Assembly: GCA_015680685.1 (NCBI GenBank)
Contig: MNCI01001992.1
Location: 18,751-82,750, forward strand
Length of the DNA: 64,000 bases
Reading direction: 5' to 3'
Source: Gnetum montanum
Lineage: Eukaryota > Plantae > Gnetophyta
The notes below the pieces were generated by a model. It saw only the letters and a list, made by a program, of their open reading frames with translations. It ran no database searches and was not told the DNA's origin. A program made the position numbers and the translations under genes. Shown here piece by piece: positions 1-11,924 of this stretch. Positions within the stretch are counted from its first letter, which is position 1; each line of letters begins with the position of its first letter.

Positions 1-3000
1 TGTTAATATTCTTGTGATCTCTCGGTTAGTAACTTTCTCTTGGCCATTAGCTTGGGGGTGGTAAGGTGTGGTCAATTTATGCTCAACCCCTAAGCATTAC
101 ATCAATTTTCGAAAGGTTGCACCTGTAAAATGTGTTCCATTATCAAAGATGAGTGCACGCAACACACCAAACCTGTTTACGATTTGTTGTTGTACAAATC
201 GTGCAGCCGTAGGTGATGTGCAGTCTGTTACTACAACTACTTCAGCCCATTTGGTTAAGTAATCAACAGCAATGATGATATATGCTTTTCCGTTGGACAT
301 CAATGTAATAGGCCCCATAAAATCTATGCCCCAGATATTGAAGGATTCCAAAGGTTGAATCCATTGTTGCAAACCCTCTATTCTAGCAGTCATTCCACCA
401 TCATGTTGGCAGCGTTCACAGGATTAGGCAAAATGATGGGCATCCCAAAAGAGTGTTGGCCAATAATATCCTGCGAGCAGGACCTTGGTAGCCGTTCGTC
501 TCCCAACATAATGACCCCCATAGGGGCCCTCATGAGCATCCTGGAGAACTTTTAATTGATCCTTATCGGGTACGCACCATCGAACCAAGCCATCAGGACA
601 GACTTTATAAAGTTGTCCCTTGATTTCCATGAAGTACGTGGTTTTGTGAAGAAATTGTTGTTTCTTCCTAAAGTCCAACCCCTGTGGTGTTTTTTGGGAA
701 ATGAGATAAGTAAGAATGCTACTATACCAATTTATTTTCGTGAGTTGATCATTTACTACACTGGCAAAGAGGGTTTCATTAGGAAAATGGTCGGATACAG
801 CATATTCATCCTCTTTGTTGTCCCAATGCAACTTAGATAGGTGATCTGCGACTACATTCTCGGTGCCTTTGTGATCTACTATTGTTAAGTCGAACTCTTG
901 AAGAATTACCAACCAACGTATGATACGTGGGCTAACCATTAGCTTGTTCATAAGGAACCTAATTGCACTATGATCCGTGTGGATGTATACCTTGTAACCC
1001 AATACATACTACCTAAATTTGTCCAGTGCAAACACTACAGCCATTAATTCTTTTTCCGTAGTCATGTAGTTGAGTTGTGCACCATTGATACTTTTACTAG
1101 CACAATGGATGTAATAAAGTCATTTTTGTTCATCTAATTATGTCAGTATGGCTCCTAAGGCATAATTAGATGCATCAATCATGATATGGAATGGCCTGGA
1201 CCAGTCAGGGGCTTATAGAATGGGAGTTTCCACAAGTCTCTATTTAAGAGTTTGGAATGCTCGTTTTCATTCCCTGGTCCATTCGAATGGTGCATCTTTT
1301 TTCGTTAATTCCACCAACGGCTTGGAAATTTTGGAGAAGTTCTTGATAAATCTCCTGTAGTAGCCAATGTGTCCAAGGAATGACTAAATGTCTTTGACAG
1401 TCTCTAGTTGTCGGGTAATTCCTTGGATAACTTTAATTTTTTTTGGATCCACCTCTATTCCTGATTGTGAAATTTTATGCCCTAGTACTACGCCCTCTTG
1501 AATCAGCAAATGGCTTTTCTACCAGTTGAGCTTTAGGTTGGTTTCAACACATTGTTTTAATACTTGCTCCAACCAATCGAGGGCTTGATCAAAGCTTGTC
1601 CCATAAGTGGAGAAGTCGTCCATAAAGACTTCTACTCCATTACCTATTTGCTGCTGAAAGATGCTTAGAACTAATCGTTGGAATGTGNCCCATATTCAAT
1701 AGCCTAAAGTCTATACATACCCTCCATTTTCCTCCTTTCTTTGGTACGATTACAAGAGGGCTAACCCATTCGCTATCAGCAATGCAGTAAATGAACCTAG
1801 CCTTGAGAAGTTGCTCTATCTCCTCTTTTACTATTTGTTTTAACTTCGGGTTCAATCGCCTCTGCGGTTGTTTGCGAGGCTTCATGGAGGGGTCCGTGTA
1901 AATCCTATGCTAGCATATCCTAGGGTCTATTCCGATTAGTTTAGGGTATGACCAAGTAAAGGATGTTGACCACTTATTTATCACCTTCAGCAAACTCTCT
2001 TTTTGCTTGGGGGCAAGCTTTGCATTGATGACTACCGATTTTCCATTTTTAAGGGTCATGTATTCCAAACCGGCGGGCAACAGTTTTAAATCTAGGGGCT
2101 TTTGTTTAAACTTCTTAGGAATCTCCAACTTTCCCTAGTTAATGTTTTCAGGTTTAAGGGTTGGAAGTTGGCCATGGACCTGCTCAAGTGCATCCATGCT
2201 TTCAACGTAAGTACTCGTTATTCCCTCAGTCAGTTTCATGCATGTCATTGAATTGTTCTCTTGGTCAGCCATCAGCCACTGGGTGTTTTCTTGTTGTGTG
2301 GCTACTGCATATAAGCACTTTTGTATGTTGATGTCTTGTGCACATCGATTGCATGCAGGCAATGTTAAACTCCTTATTACCCATGATTTCTGCACACAAT
2401 GGCATCCTGTGTCACTATATGCGATGCATGGGACTTTCTTCTTCTCAATCTTTCCAAAGGTATTTTTCTTGGATATTTCTAGGGAAAGATTGCGAATTCC
2501 TAGGCGCACATCTACTGTGCTCAGCCATGCCCTTCCCATTATTATCGGGAAGTCCCCTTTTTCATTGTTTATTTGGATCACCAGGAAATCAGCTGGATAT
2601 GACCAACCATCTACGGTGGTGACAATGTCCTCAACTTGTCCCAAAGGAACAGTGATGGACTGGTTAGCCAGCTCTAAGTGAATATTGCTCTTCTTGAGTG
2701 GAGGTAGGTTCTAGGTCTTATACAATTCTTGTGAAATTAAATTGACCCCAAAGCCTGAGTCAAGAAGAGCCTTATGAGGTTTATTCCCAGCAACTTGGAG
2801 ATAAATCAAGGGGCTTCCTAGATCAAAGAATTTCTTGGGAAGGTGGCCTACCTTAATCCAGTCGGTAACAGTATGTGTTAACATAACCGTGTGCATTGGC
2901 CTCAATTTCTCGATTGAAGGGTTTCCCGAAACCTTATTTGGTATGGAGGTGTTTAGATGTTCAACCGCTTGTGAAGGCAAGGGCTTGGTTGGATTGTTGG

Positions 3001-5400
3001 TCCTAAAGAAAGGTCTTTTTGGTGTATGATTTTTAGGACCAACTGAGAATTGAGGATTGGGAGCCCTCATGGTATCGGATTGTTGCGGTTGAGTGGGAAT
3101 TACTCTGGGCCTTGTTGGAGCGGTTGGTGGTGGAGCTACTGGTGTAAGAGATGTGGATGGATTTGGAGGATAGTATGGGTATGGAGCACTTCCCAAAGGA
3201 GAAGGAGTCCTAAAATACTCTTGAACTTTGTAGTAACGTGGAGGGTTTATGTGACCCATAAAGTCACCTGGAGAAACCGGCTACTGCACATAATATCCAT
3301 AATATCCATATGGGTCTGGCTACCAGTAAGGGTACTATTGTGTTGGTGGTGGCATCCCCCATGATTGTGGGTGTTACCATTGTTGATGTTGTTCGATGGG
3401 TTGTGGTGGAGTTCCACTTGGATAATACGTTAGTGGTTGGTGGAACTACCTTAGGTTACCTTGAGGATAAGGTAACCTTCGGGGTGTTTGCCATTGGTTA
3501 AGTCTTGGATTAAGTGCATACACCCCAAACTCCTGTAGATGTGAGATAATTAGACAACATCCCTTAGGATGGTCGTATTGGCAGATCTCACATCCACCGT
3601 CATCGTCTTTATCTGAATCCACAACCTCATCGGACATAGTAATTTTCCCCTTACCCTTGTTATGTGCAGGGCCTAAATTTCTCCGCTTTGTCTTACCTTT
3701 GTTACTACTTCGTTCCTCCTTAGACTCTTCTACAATTCTTAAGAAACTTTCAAGTCTAGAGTCTAAGGAATCCCACAATTGGTCTACCTTAGCTGATACT
3801 TCGATTGTTAGTTTTTGAATTGGCAAGGTTTTTCTACTCACCAACTCTTTGAGTGGTGACTCATCCTCCTTATCACAAAATTTCACTCCCTTCTTCTAAA
3901 GGGAGGGATCGCAATTGTATTCCTCCGCACTTTCCCTTTTTCATAGCTCATCTTCTTCTTTTGCTACTTATTCCAACAAGTGATGTACTTCATGGACTCT
4001 AAGTTTTGATAGTCTCCCTTGGGCATAAGTCCCAAGGATTCTTCTAGTTTCATGCCTTAGCCGATCCACGATGTGGTGAAGTTGATCCCGTTGAGCGTAT
4101 CCATGGCCTGGGCAACGATGTAACAATGCGTAGTAGTGGCCCATGATAGCATCCAAGGGTTCATGATTACCTTACTTCCATCCTTGGATCTGCTTACGCA
4201 AATTAGACACTCAGGAGTACGTTTGATACTTATCGTTGAAGAGTTCTAACATCGTACTCCACCTCCTGATAGTTTCCGGTTCTAAGGACTGGTACCAACT
4301 CTCTGCTTCCTTGGTGAGTGTCCTGGGAAATAACTTAAGTTTTTGCCACTCGTTTTCTATGTTCTGCAAGGTGCAGGCATTGTGGAATGCCTGTAAATGA
4401 TGTTGTGGATCTGAGTTGTATCTCCCTTCAAAGTATGGGATATTATTCATATCTAAGTGTTTGATCCGACTGTCCTTTTGATGCCTTGTTGGAATTCTTA
4501 TTGCCTCTGTTATGTCAAGCATACTTTGGGTTGCAAGTAGGGGCTCATCATGATCATCTCTTTCATAACGCCTATGATGTCTTCATTGTTCCCTACTTTC
4601 CCTTTGTTCATGCCCTTGTCCCCTCTCTCGACTTTCCTGTCGAGGTCTCTCTTCTTTCCTACCTCTATTCTCACCGTTATGTTCATGGTGGCTATGCCCA
4701 GATGTGGAAGGAGAGGATAATGATGAGATGAAGGAGAAGAAGAAGGAGAACCATTGCCATGATGATGTTTCCTACCTTCTCTTCGGCTGCTACGGCCCCG
4801 ATCGTGATGACGATCTAAGTGCCCGTCCTTACCATGAGTTTTTGTTCCATCTGTGAACAGTTGGCGTTCAAGGGGATCAGAACCAATGTTATGTATTGTT
4901 GATTGTAGGTTCTGATACCCAACCTCCTCACCATCGTTAGGAGGGGGAACATCATTTGTTAGAGAACTCATGATAATGGGTCCATCATCTCCTATTTCGC
5001 TAAGGACCCGCAGGCCCTTGCCCTTCAACAGGGTATGTTGGCTCTCCTGCCTTGTATCCTGAATACGTTGTGCTTCTGTGGGATGATAATCCCTTGTATC
5101 AAAATCTACTATAACGTATTCAGCATAGAGCTGAGTCATGCCAACCTATGCCAAAGCATAGAGGAGCATGTTAGGAATTGATCGATCTGGGGGTAACACG
5201 ATGTTACCTTGCAAATCTCTCCATTGCAGCTATTTGTCTTGATGGAGGATAAAGGTAAAGTTTGGAATATACTCATCGAGATGAGTCTAGACTATCCGGT
5301 ATTGTTTAGGACTTGGCTGATTTCGGTTATGTGTTTTTGATTGCCAACTATTTCATGTATTATCCCTAGGCGGTGAGTTGCTTTTGTTAGAAGAAGACAT
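1..5400 (-). pseudogene. gag-pol polyprotein pseudogene
   Basis: ATG at 5400 is in frame with ORF 4510-5139 through TGA/TAG stops. Retrotrans-gag motifs (LKLFPRTLTKEAESWYQSL), CEICQYDHPKGC Cys/His motif, and PR, RT, RH, INT fragments in the ORF track. Many stops and frameshifts. Confidence 0.88.
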
Positions 5401-5521
5401 TTTTATCGGTGTGCTAATTTTACTGTTATATAAATTTTTCTTTTAATCAACCTGAAGGTTTGTTTAGGCTCCCAACGATGTGAGTGATATCCTATGTTCT
5501 ATTCAGCACACAAACACTTAG

Positions 5522-5539
5522 TCCCCGACAACGGCGCCA
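5522..5539 (-). promoter_or_regulatory. Primer binding site (tRNA-Asp type, Athila-like)
   Basis: Minus strand reads TGGCGCCGTTGTCGGGGA one base after the LTR end ...CCACTCATCA. Confidence 0.88.
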
Positions 5540-5540
5540 A

Positions 5541-6354
5541 TGATGAGTGGCGAGATACCCCTACACTCAACCATACTAATACGAGCATAGCACGCACGAT
5601 CCAGTCGAACTCCATAGACTAAGTGCCTACACACCCCATGGAACACTTAGGGTTAATCTTCATTGTCTTCCTAGACTTACTTGTAGTTGTCACGATGTAT
5701 GGTTAAGTAAGTCTGAGGTATATGATTTTTATAGCTTTTTATGTTTTTGTCTCCTATGCTAACAAGATGAAGGGTTGAGAAACTAATTACTAACTCTAAC
5801 TAATGAACTAAGTCTAAATTACCTAGCGTCAGCATCCATTCCCGCTTACCGTACACACCCTGAACCGATGCAACCATGGTTACCAAACGCTAATCGTTGT
5901 TGGGATCACCACACGTAACGCACGTGCTCGAAGTGGTCGTACTTAGGCACTTAACCAGGAGAGAAGGGTGAGAGAGAAAGCAGTAAATAACAGATAATAA
6001 ATAATAGTTAAGAAAATCCTAATTAGCCTATTCCATGCACTGCAAGGTTTATCCAAGAAGCTCGTCTTTATTTCCGTACACAAACTTGTGTTTAGGTACA
6101 ATGTCTGCTCGAATAAAGATCCATTCACTTTAGGACTCCTACTACGGGCACATGGAAAATATTCTATCTCTGGAGTGATCAATCTGCCAGAGTTTCCATA
6201 CTATCTAGCCTAGGATGAAGAAATAAGGGAGAGCCGCCTCTTATTTATAGATATGATGGCGCACCACGATATTGCAGGGGAAGACACGATATCACATACG
6301 CGATATCACAAGGGATGCAATATCGCAGCCCATGCGATATATCGCGTCCCATCA
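5541..6354 (-). repeat. 5' LTR of the minus-strand element (814 bp)
   Basis: TGAT...ATCA termini, TATAAATAAGAGGCG box on the minus strand, reverse-complement homology to 9897-10717, adjacent PBS. Confidence 0.9.
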
Positions 6355-8838
6355 GTGTGCATACATTTTAGGTTGCTAAACATGACAACATTTAAGGATT
6401 ACTTTCTGTTGCCATTTGTTGACCAAGTCTTAGAAAGAATCATAGGGCATCGCTATTATAGTTTTTTGGATGGCTATAGCGCATACAACCAAATACAAAT
6501 AGCCCCAGAAGACCAAGCCAAAACCAGGTTCACTAGTCCTTGGGGAATGTTTGCATATAAACAAATGTCATTTGGCTTGTGCAATGCCCTTGCCATGTTT
6601 CAATGCTTAGTTCTAAGCATATTCCAGCAGCAAATAGGAAATGGCGTGGAATTCTTTATGGATGACTTCTCCACTTACAGAGGAAGTTTTGATCAAGCCT
6701 TGGACCGGTTAGAGCAAGTGCTAAAAAGATGTGTAGAAACTAATCTAAGGCTCAATTGGCAAAAGAGTCCTTTAATGGTCCAAGACGGCGTAGTAACTGG
6801 GCATAAAATTTCACATGCAGGGATAAAGGTAGACCCTGAAAAAATCAAAGTCATCCAAGGAATTACCCATCAACCAGAAACTATCAAAGACATTCGGTCA
6901 TTCCTTGGACACACTAGCTACTATAGTAGATTCATAGAGAACTTTTTGAAGGTTGCTAAACCATTGGTAGAGTTAACGAAAAAGGACATACCCTTCGAGT
7001 GGACTAGGAAATGCGAACTAGCTTTCCAAACTTTGAAACAGAAGTTGGTGGAAACACCCATTCTACAAGCTCCTAACTAGTCCAAACCATTCCATGTCAT
7101 GACTAATGCATCCAACTATGCTTTAAGAGTTGTGATTACATAGTTAGATGACCAGAAATGCCCTTATTACATCCACTATGCAAGTAAAAGTATAGCTAGT
7201 GCACAACTTAACTACACTACTACAGAAAAAGAATTAATGGTTGTAGTGTTTGCACTAGAAAAATTTAGGCACTATGTATTGGGGTACAAAGTATTCATAC
7301 ATACAGATCATAGTGCAATTCAGTTCCTCATGAATAAGCCAATGGTAAGCCTCCATATTATATGATGGCTGGTAATCCTACAAGAGTTTGATTTGACAAT
7401 GATCGATTGCAAGGGCACCAAGAATGTAGTTGACGATCATTTATCTCAGTTGCGTTGGGACAGCAAAGAGGACGAGTATCCAATTTCAAGTCATTTCCCT
7501 GATGAGTTCCTCTTTGCCGGTGTAGTGAATAATTAATCACCCATGGAGACAAACTGGTATGGTAGTATTCTTACCTATCTCCTTACCCAACAAACACCAC
7601 AAGAGATGGACCTTAGGAAGAAATAACAGTTTCTTCATAAGGCCAAGTACTTTATGGAGATCAATGGAAAACTTTACAAAGTATGTCCTGATGGCTTGGT
7701 TCGATGGTGTGTTCCCGATAGAGATCAACTAAGAGTTCTCCAAGATGCTCATGAGGGCCCTTGTAGGGGTCACTATGTTGGGAGATGAACAGCTATTAAA
7801 ATCCTGTTTGTAGGGTATTATTGGCCTACCTTGTTCTGGGACACCCATTTATTTGTCCAATCTTGTGAGTGTTGTCAACGTGATGGGGGAATAACTGCTA
7901 GAATAGAGGGTCTGCAATAATGGATTCAACTATTAGAACCCTTCGACATTTGGGGAATTGATTTCGTGGAGCCCATTACACCAATGTCCAATGGAAAATC
8001 TTACATCATAGTTGCCATAGACTACTTAACCAAATGGGCTAAAGCAGCTACTATTAAAGATTGCACATCATCTACAGCTACAGGATGTGTTCAACAACAA
8101 GTTGTCAACAAGTTTGGTGTGCCACGTGCACTTATCTCAGATAATGGTACACACTTTATAGGTGCAACTTTTCGAAAGTCAATGCAACACTTAAGGGTTG
8201 AGCATAAATTGACTACACCATACCACCCCCAAGCAAATGATCAAGCCGAGGTCACTAACAGGGAGATTATGAAGATACTAACTAAAACCATTTGCAAGTA
8301 TAGGTGAGATTGGAGCACTAAGCTGAATGATGCTCTTTGGACGTACCGCTCCACATGGAAACTCCCTATAGGCTACTCTCCCTATGAGTTAGTGTATGGA
8401 AAACTTCCAACACTCCCTATCCAAACTGAGCTCCATACACCAGCCACGACATGTGACCTCAACCTTGACCTTGATCTAGCACAAAAGCAAAGGTTGATGA
8501 CTCTTAACTTGCTAGATGAGAATCGATTGGATACCCTGTCATCTAATGAGTTGCACAAGGCATTTAATAAACAATGTCATGACCTAAAAATTAGGAAAGT
8601 TAAGTATCAACTAGGAGATAAGGTCCTCTATTGGAACCCCACACATGTATCACAATGTACCAAATTTCAAACACTATGGGAAGGACCTTACATCATCTAT
8701 GCAACTTTTCCTTCAGGAGCCATGACCATATATAAACCTGAGAGCCCAAATAAAAGACTGCTAGTCAACGTGCAACAAACAAAACCTTTCCATGAATTTA
8801 GAATAGCCAAAACATATGCTACCTCTATAGGTGGGTAA
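6355..8838 (+). pseudogene. pol pseudogene (RT, RNase H, integrase)
   Basis: ORFs 6253-7080, 7966-8307 and 8392-8838 are joined by in-frame stops. C-terminal WEGPY integrase motif. Confidence 0.9.
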
Positions 8839-9896
8839 CCCTACTCATTATTTTGGTTCTTCTCCTTCCAACTCAGTCATGGGGGAGATGGCCACCTCTG
8901 CTAACCATTGAAGGCCCTCAGTCCTTTCTATGTTTTTTTTTTACACATTTTTGGTTTTCTAAATTTTTGTTTTACACATTTTTATTTTACACATTTTTGT
9001 TTTACACATTTTTGTTTTGGACACTTCTTTAAACTTTCTCGTTTTTTTTACACCATCATTCATATTTTTACCATTTCTTTGTGTGATTACTTTATATTTT
9101 TCATCACCCAATAAGTGTTCATGATGGTGGCATGAATAACACCACGTTGATTGCTAATGTTTGGATTTTACCTTTGAAGTACAATGTTGATATTAAGGTA
9201 TGGTTCTTTTGATTAAACAGGCAATAAGTCCATGACGTTCATGCATCCATAAAATCCTATAGTTTCCCTTGGCTTGGAACTGTACAGTCCCTTTCTTTAA
9301 TAAAACTATTAATGAATTGGTGACTGGGTATTTCTCAGACTAAGGAAAGACTCAAAGGATGAAAAGTGTGTGACTTCAAGGGGATTCTATGCATCTATAC
9401 TGGCTATTCTCTTGAGTGCTTAGATGCTTTTTCTTTGATTTTTCTACCATTCTAACCATTCATCAAATCTTCGGAAGTTGAATGCATAAAAATAAGTCTT
9501 TGCATGGTGTGGTTCTAATGCAAAAAAAAAAAAGTGGAAATTCAAAGCACACCCCTTAGACACAGTAATGAACTTGGGCTACACACATTGGTTATGGCAT
9601 TGGAAAGACATGTTACCCATGCAGCAACAACACGTATTCTTCTTCTTCTTCTCTCTCTCTCTCTCTCCTTCTTCTCTTCCAACTGCCAAATAAGGCTAGA
9701 TGTCGTTTATGTACAGTGTTCACTTTTGTGGTCATGAACACTAATGTTGTCATGTATTGTATTGTTGATCTGTTCACTGGGCACGTTGAGTCAGTCACAC
9801 TATTCCACCGTCAATAGTAATTCAGTCAATAATCCCATACTTTCCCAATATTTTGTAAGGAACTCGAGGATGAGTTTTCATTCAGTCATGGGGGTA

Positions 9897-10717
9897 TGAT
9901 GAACTGCAATATTGCATATATAATATCGCGTCCGTGATATTGGATCAACCATGCGATGTTGGATACTTGATAGTGCAGCATGTCTCCTCGCCTATAAATA
10001 AGAGGCGACGCCCTTGGTTTCCCTCATTAGAAGCTAGACCCTTAGCCAAACTCTTGCCATTTTCCCCCTCCAAAGTTAGAATTATTTCTGCATGCCCGTA
10101 GTAGGAGTCATAGAGTGAATGAATCTTTATTCGAGCATTGTGTACCTGAGCACACTTTGTGTATGGCAATAAAGACAAACTTTATGATAAACCTTGCAAC
10201 ATACAGAATAGAATAATTACCATTAATTATTATTTAATGCTTTCTTAGTTAATTAATGATTTCTCTCACCCTACAACTCTCTTAGTTAAATACACTTAGT
10301 ACGACCGCTTCGAGCATGCGTGTAGCGCTTGGCAACCCAATAACAATTAGCATTTGGTAATCCCAGTAGCGTTACATTGGTTCAGGATGTGTACGGCAAG
10401 TGGGAATGGAAATTGGTGTTAGGAGTACTTAGAACTTAGTTAATGAGTAGTTAATTTAGATTAGTTACTTAGTTATCTCTCTTCCCCTCCTTATTAGCAC
10501 AGGATATAAAACACATAAAAGCCATAAAAATCATATGCCTCAAGCTTACTTAACCATACAACCGTGACATACAAGTAAGTTTGGGAAGACAACGATTAAC
10601 CAACCCGTTATTGTTCCACGAGGACCCATAGGCACTTAGTCCTTGGAATTCGACCGGATCATGTGTGAAACACTCGTATTCGTATGGTTGAGCGTAGAGT
10701 AACCTGACCACTCATCA
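9897..10717 (+). repeat. 3' LTR of the plus-strand element (821 bp)
   Basis: Preceded by PPT-like TCAGTCATGGGGGTA, TGAT...CCACTCATCA termini, TATAAATAAGAGGCG near 9993. Confidence 0.88.
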
Positions 10718-10727
10718 GCTTGTAATA

Positions 10728-11504
10728 CTTTTTTTTTATGATTATAAAGATTGATATTTTTCTAAAAAGACATCTACAAGAAAAAAATATCTATGAGAAC
10801 TAAATAATGTTGAAATAGATTCTATATGCTTAATGAGAACGAGAATACTAACAATGTCTTGCTCAACTTTTCGAAAAATTAGTGAAAGATAAAATAACTT
10901 GATAAAACATGAAACTTTAGAATAATTTTCAACTGACATCAAAATTTGAAGTCCACATACAAATGATCAACACTTCATGCTTATGTATAAATGATCCTAT
11001 ATCTAGGGCACATTGTACCATCAAAGCATTACTTAGCTCAACAAGTAGAAAAAAACGAGAATAATACTTGGCATGAATCACTTGAATATCATATTTTTGC
11101 ATTGCATCATTTAATTATGAGGTGAAACTTTAATTACGATGAAGATAATTCAAATTTTGAATGAACATATATTGTGATGTAAGATGAGCTACTAGTGACT
11201 TGTATACATCATGAGGGAGAATAAAATCATGTGTCTTAGTTATATTAACATTAATAGAAAAAAACATATCAAATTTTTGATCACCAGCTTATACATCTAC
11301 ATTGTTAGAATTAACAAAAATTCTTGCATCAATAGAAGAATGAGAAATTTTGGCATTAGTTGAAGAAATTGGAGGTAATTTAGAATCCCCCATAGGGGAA
11401 TTCTAGAGAGATGTAATTGACTAGAGAAAAATCGAATGCAAAAAAATAAGATCAATTGGAGAAACTTCAAATCCATTGAAAATCAAATTTGCTATAAAAA
11501 ACAT
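10728..11504 (-). mobile_element. Possible very old LINE 3' remnant, perhaps continuing at about 17327-17600
   Basis: Begins with poly(T) on +. Weak RNase H-like wording (ELSNALMVQCALDIG) here and a CIYNI*D zf-RVT-like remnant beyond the younger LINE. Highly degenerate. Confidence 0.3.
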
Positions 11505-11924
11505 TAGCCTCTAATAACATATTATTTGAGAAGGGGGGTGGTGTTAGACCCCAAAAAAAGGTTATCAATAAAAATAGAGCATTAAATATACATGTAGCAT
11601 TTGACAATTACTAGATAGAATGACCCCGAAAAGAAGTTCTATTGATATTAAAAGTATATCAATTACAGTAACCTGAATAAGTCATAGGTTTGAGGGGAAG
11701 GGAAAGCTGGGAGCACTGTGAATGAGACTTAGGAACAACCTTATAAATAAACGAGTATTAAAGGAGGAAACTTGAATTGGGGCACTATCAAACGTCCACA
11801 CATATTGACTCATTACTAGATAGAATGACATGGAATTAGATGAGGCAAACAACTCTCAATTAATGATAGAGAGAGTTCCAATGATGACTACACTCAACAG
11901 AGAGGGGAAGCTTCCCTACAGATA

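Larger units (their letters stand above)
1..6354 (-). mobile_element. Athila-like Ty3/gypsy LTR retrotransposon, decayed; 3' part runs off the left edge
   Basis: 5' LTR at 5541-6354, tRNA-Asp-type PBS, then gag, protease (ALLDSG), RT (WVSPLVIVPKK, WRVCIDFR), RNase H (VYIHTDHSA) and integrase (WGIDFMGP, DNGTHF) in gypsy order on the minus strand. Confidence 0.93.
6355..10717 (+). mobile_element. Right half of a second Athila-like element of the same family (RT-RH-INT, 3' UTR, PPT, 3' LTR)
   Basis: Starts abruptly at VCIHFRLLN directly after the other element's LTR. Contains FLDGYSAYNQI, FMDDF, RNase H and integrase to 8838, then PPT and LTR. Confidence 0.92.

Noticed and set aside
1640-1720. 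Deletion of about 200 bp in the RT of the minus-strand element
   Set aside because: The junction is exactly at an N (1688), so it is probably a scaffold gap and not biological.
6253-6354. Novel N-terminus on the 275-aa RT ORF
   Set aside because: It is antisense LTR sequence that happens to be in frame with the interrupted RT.
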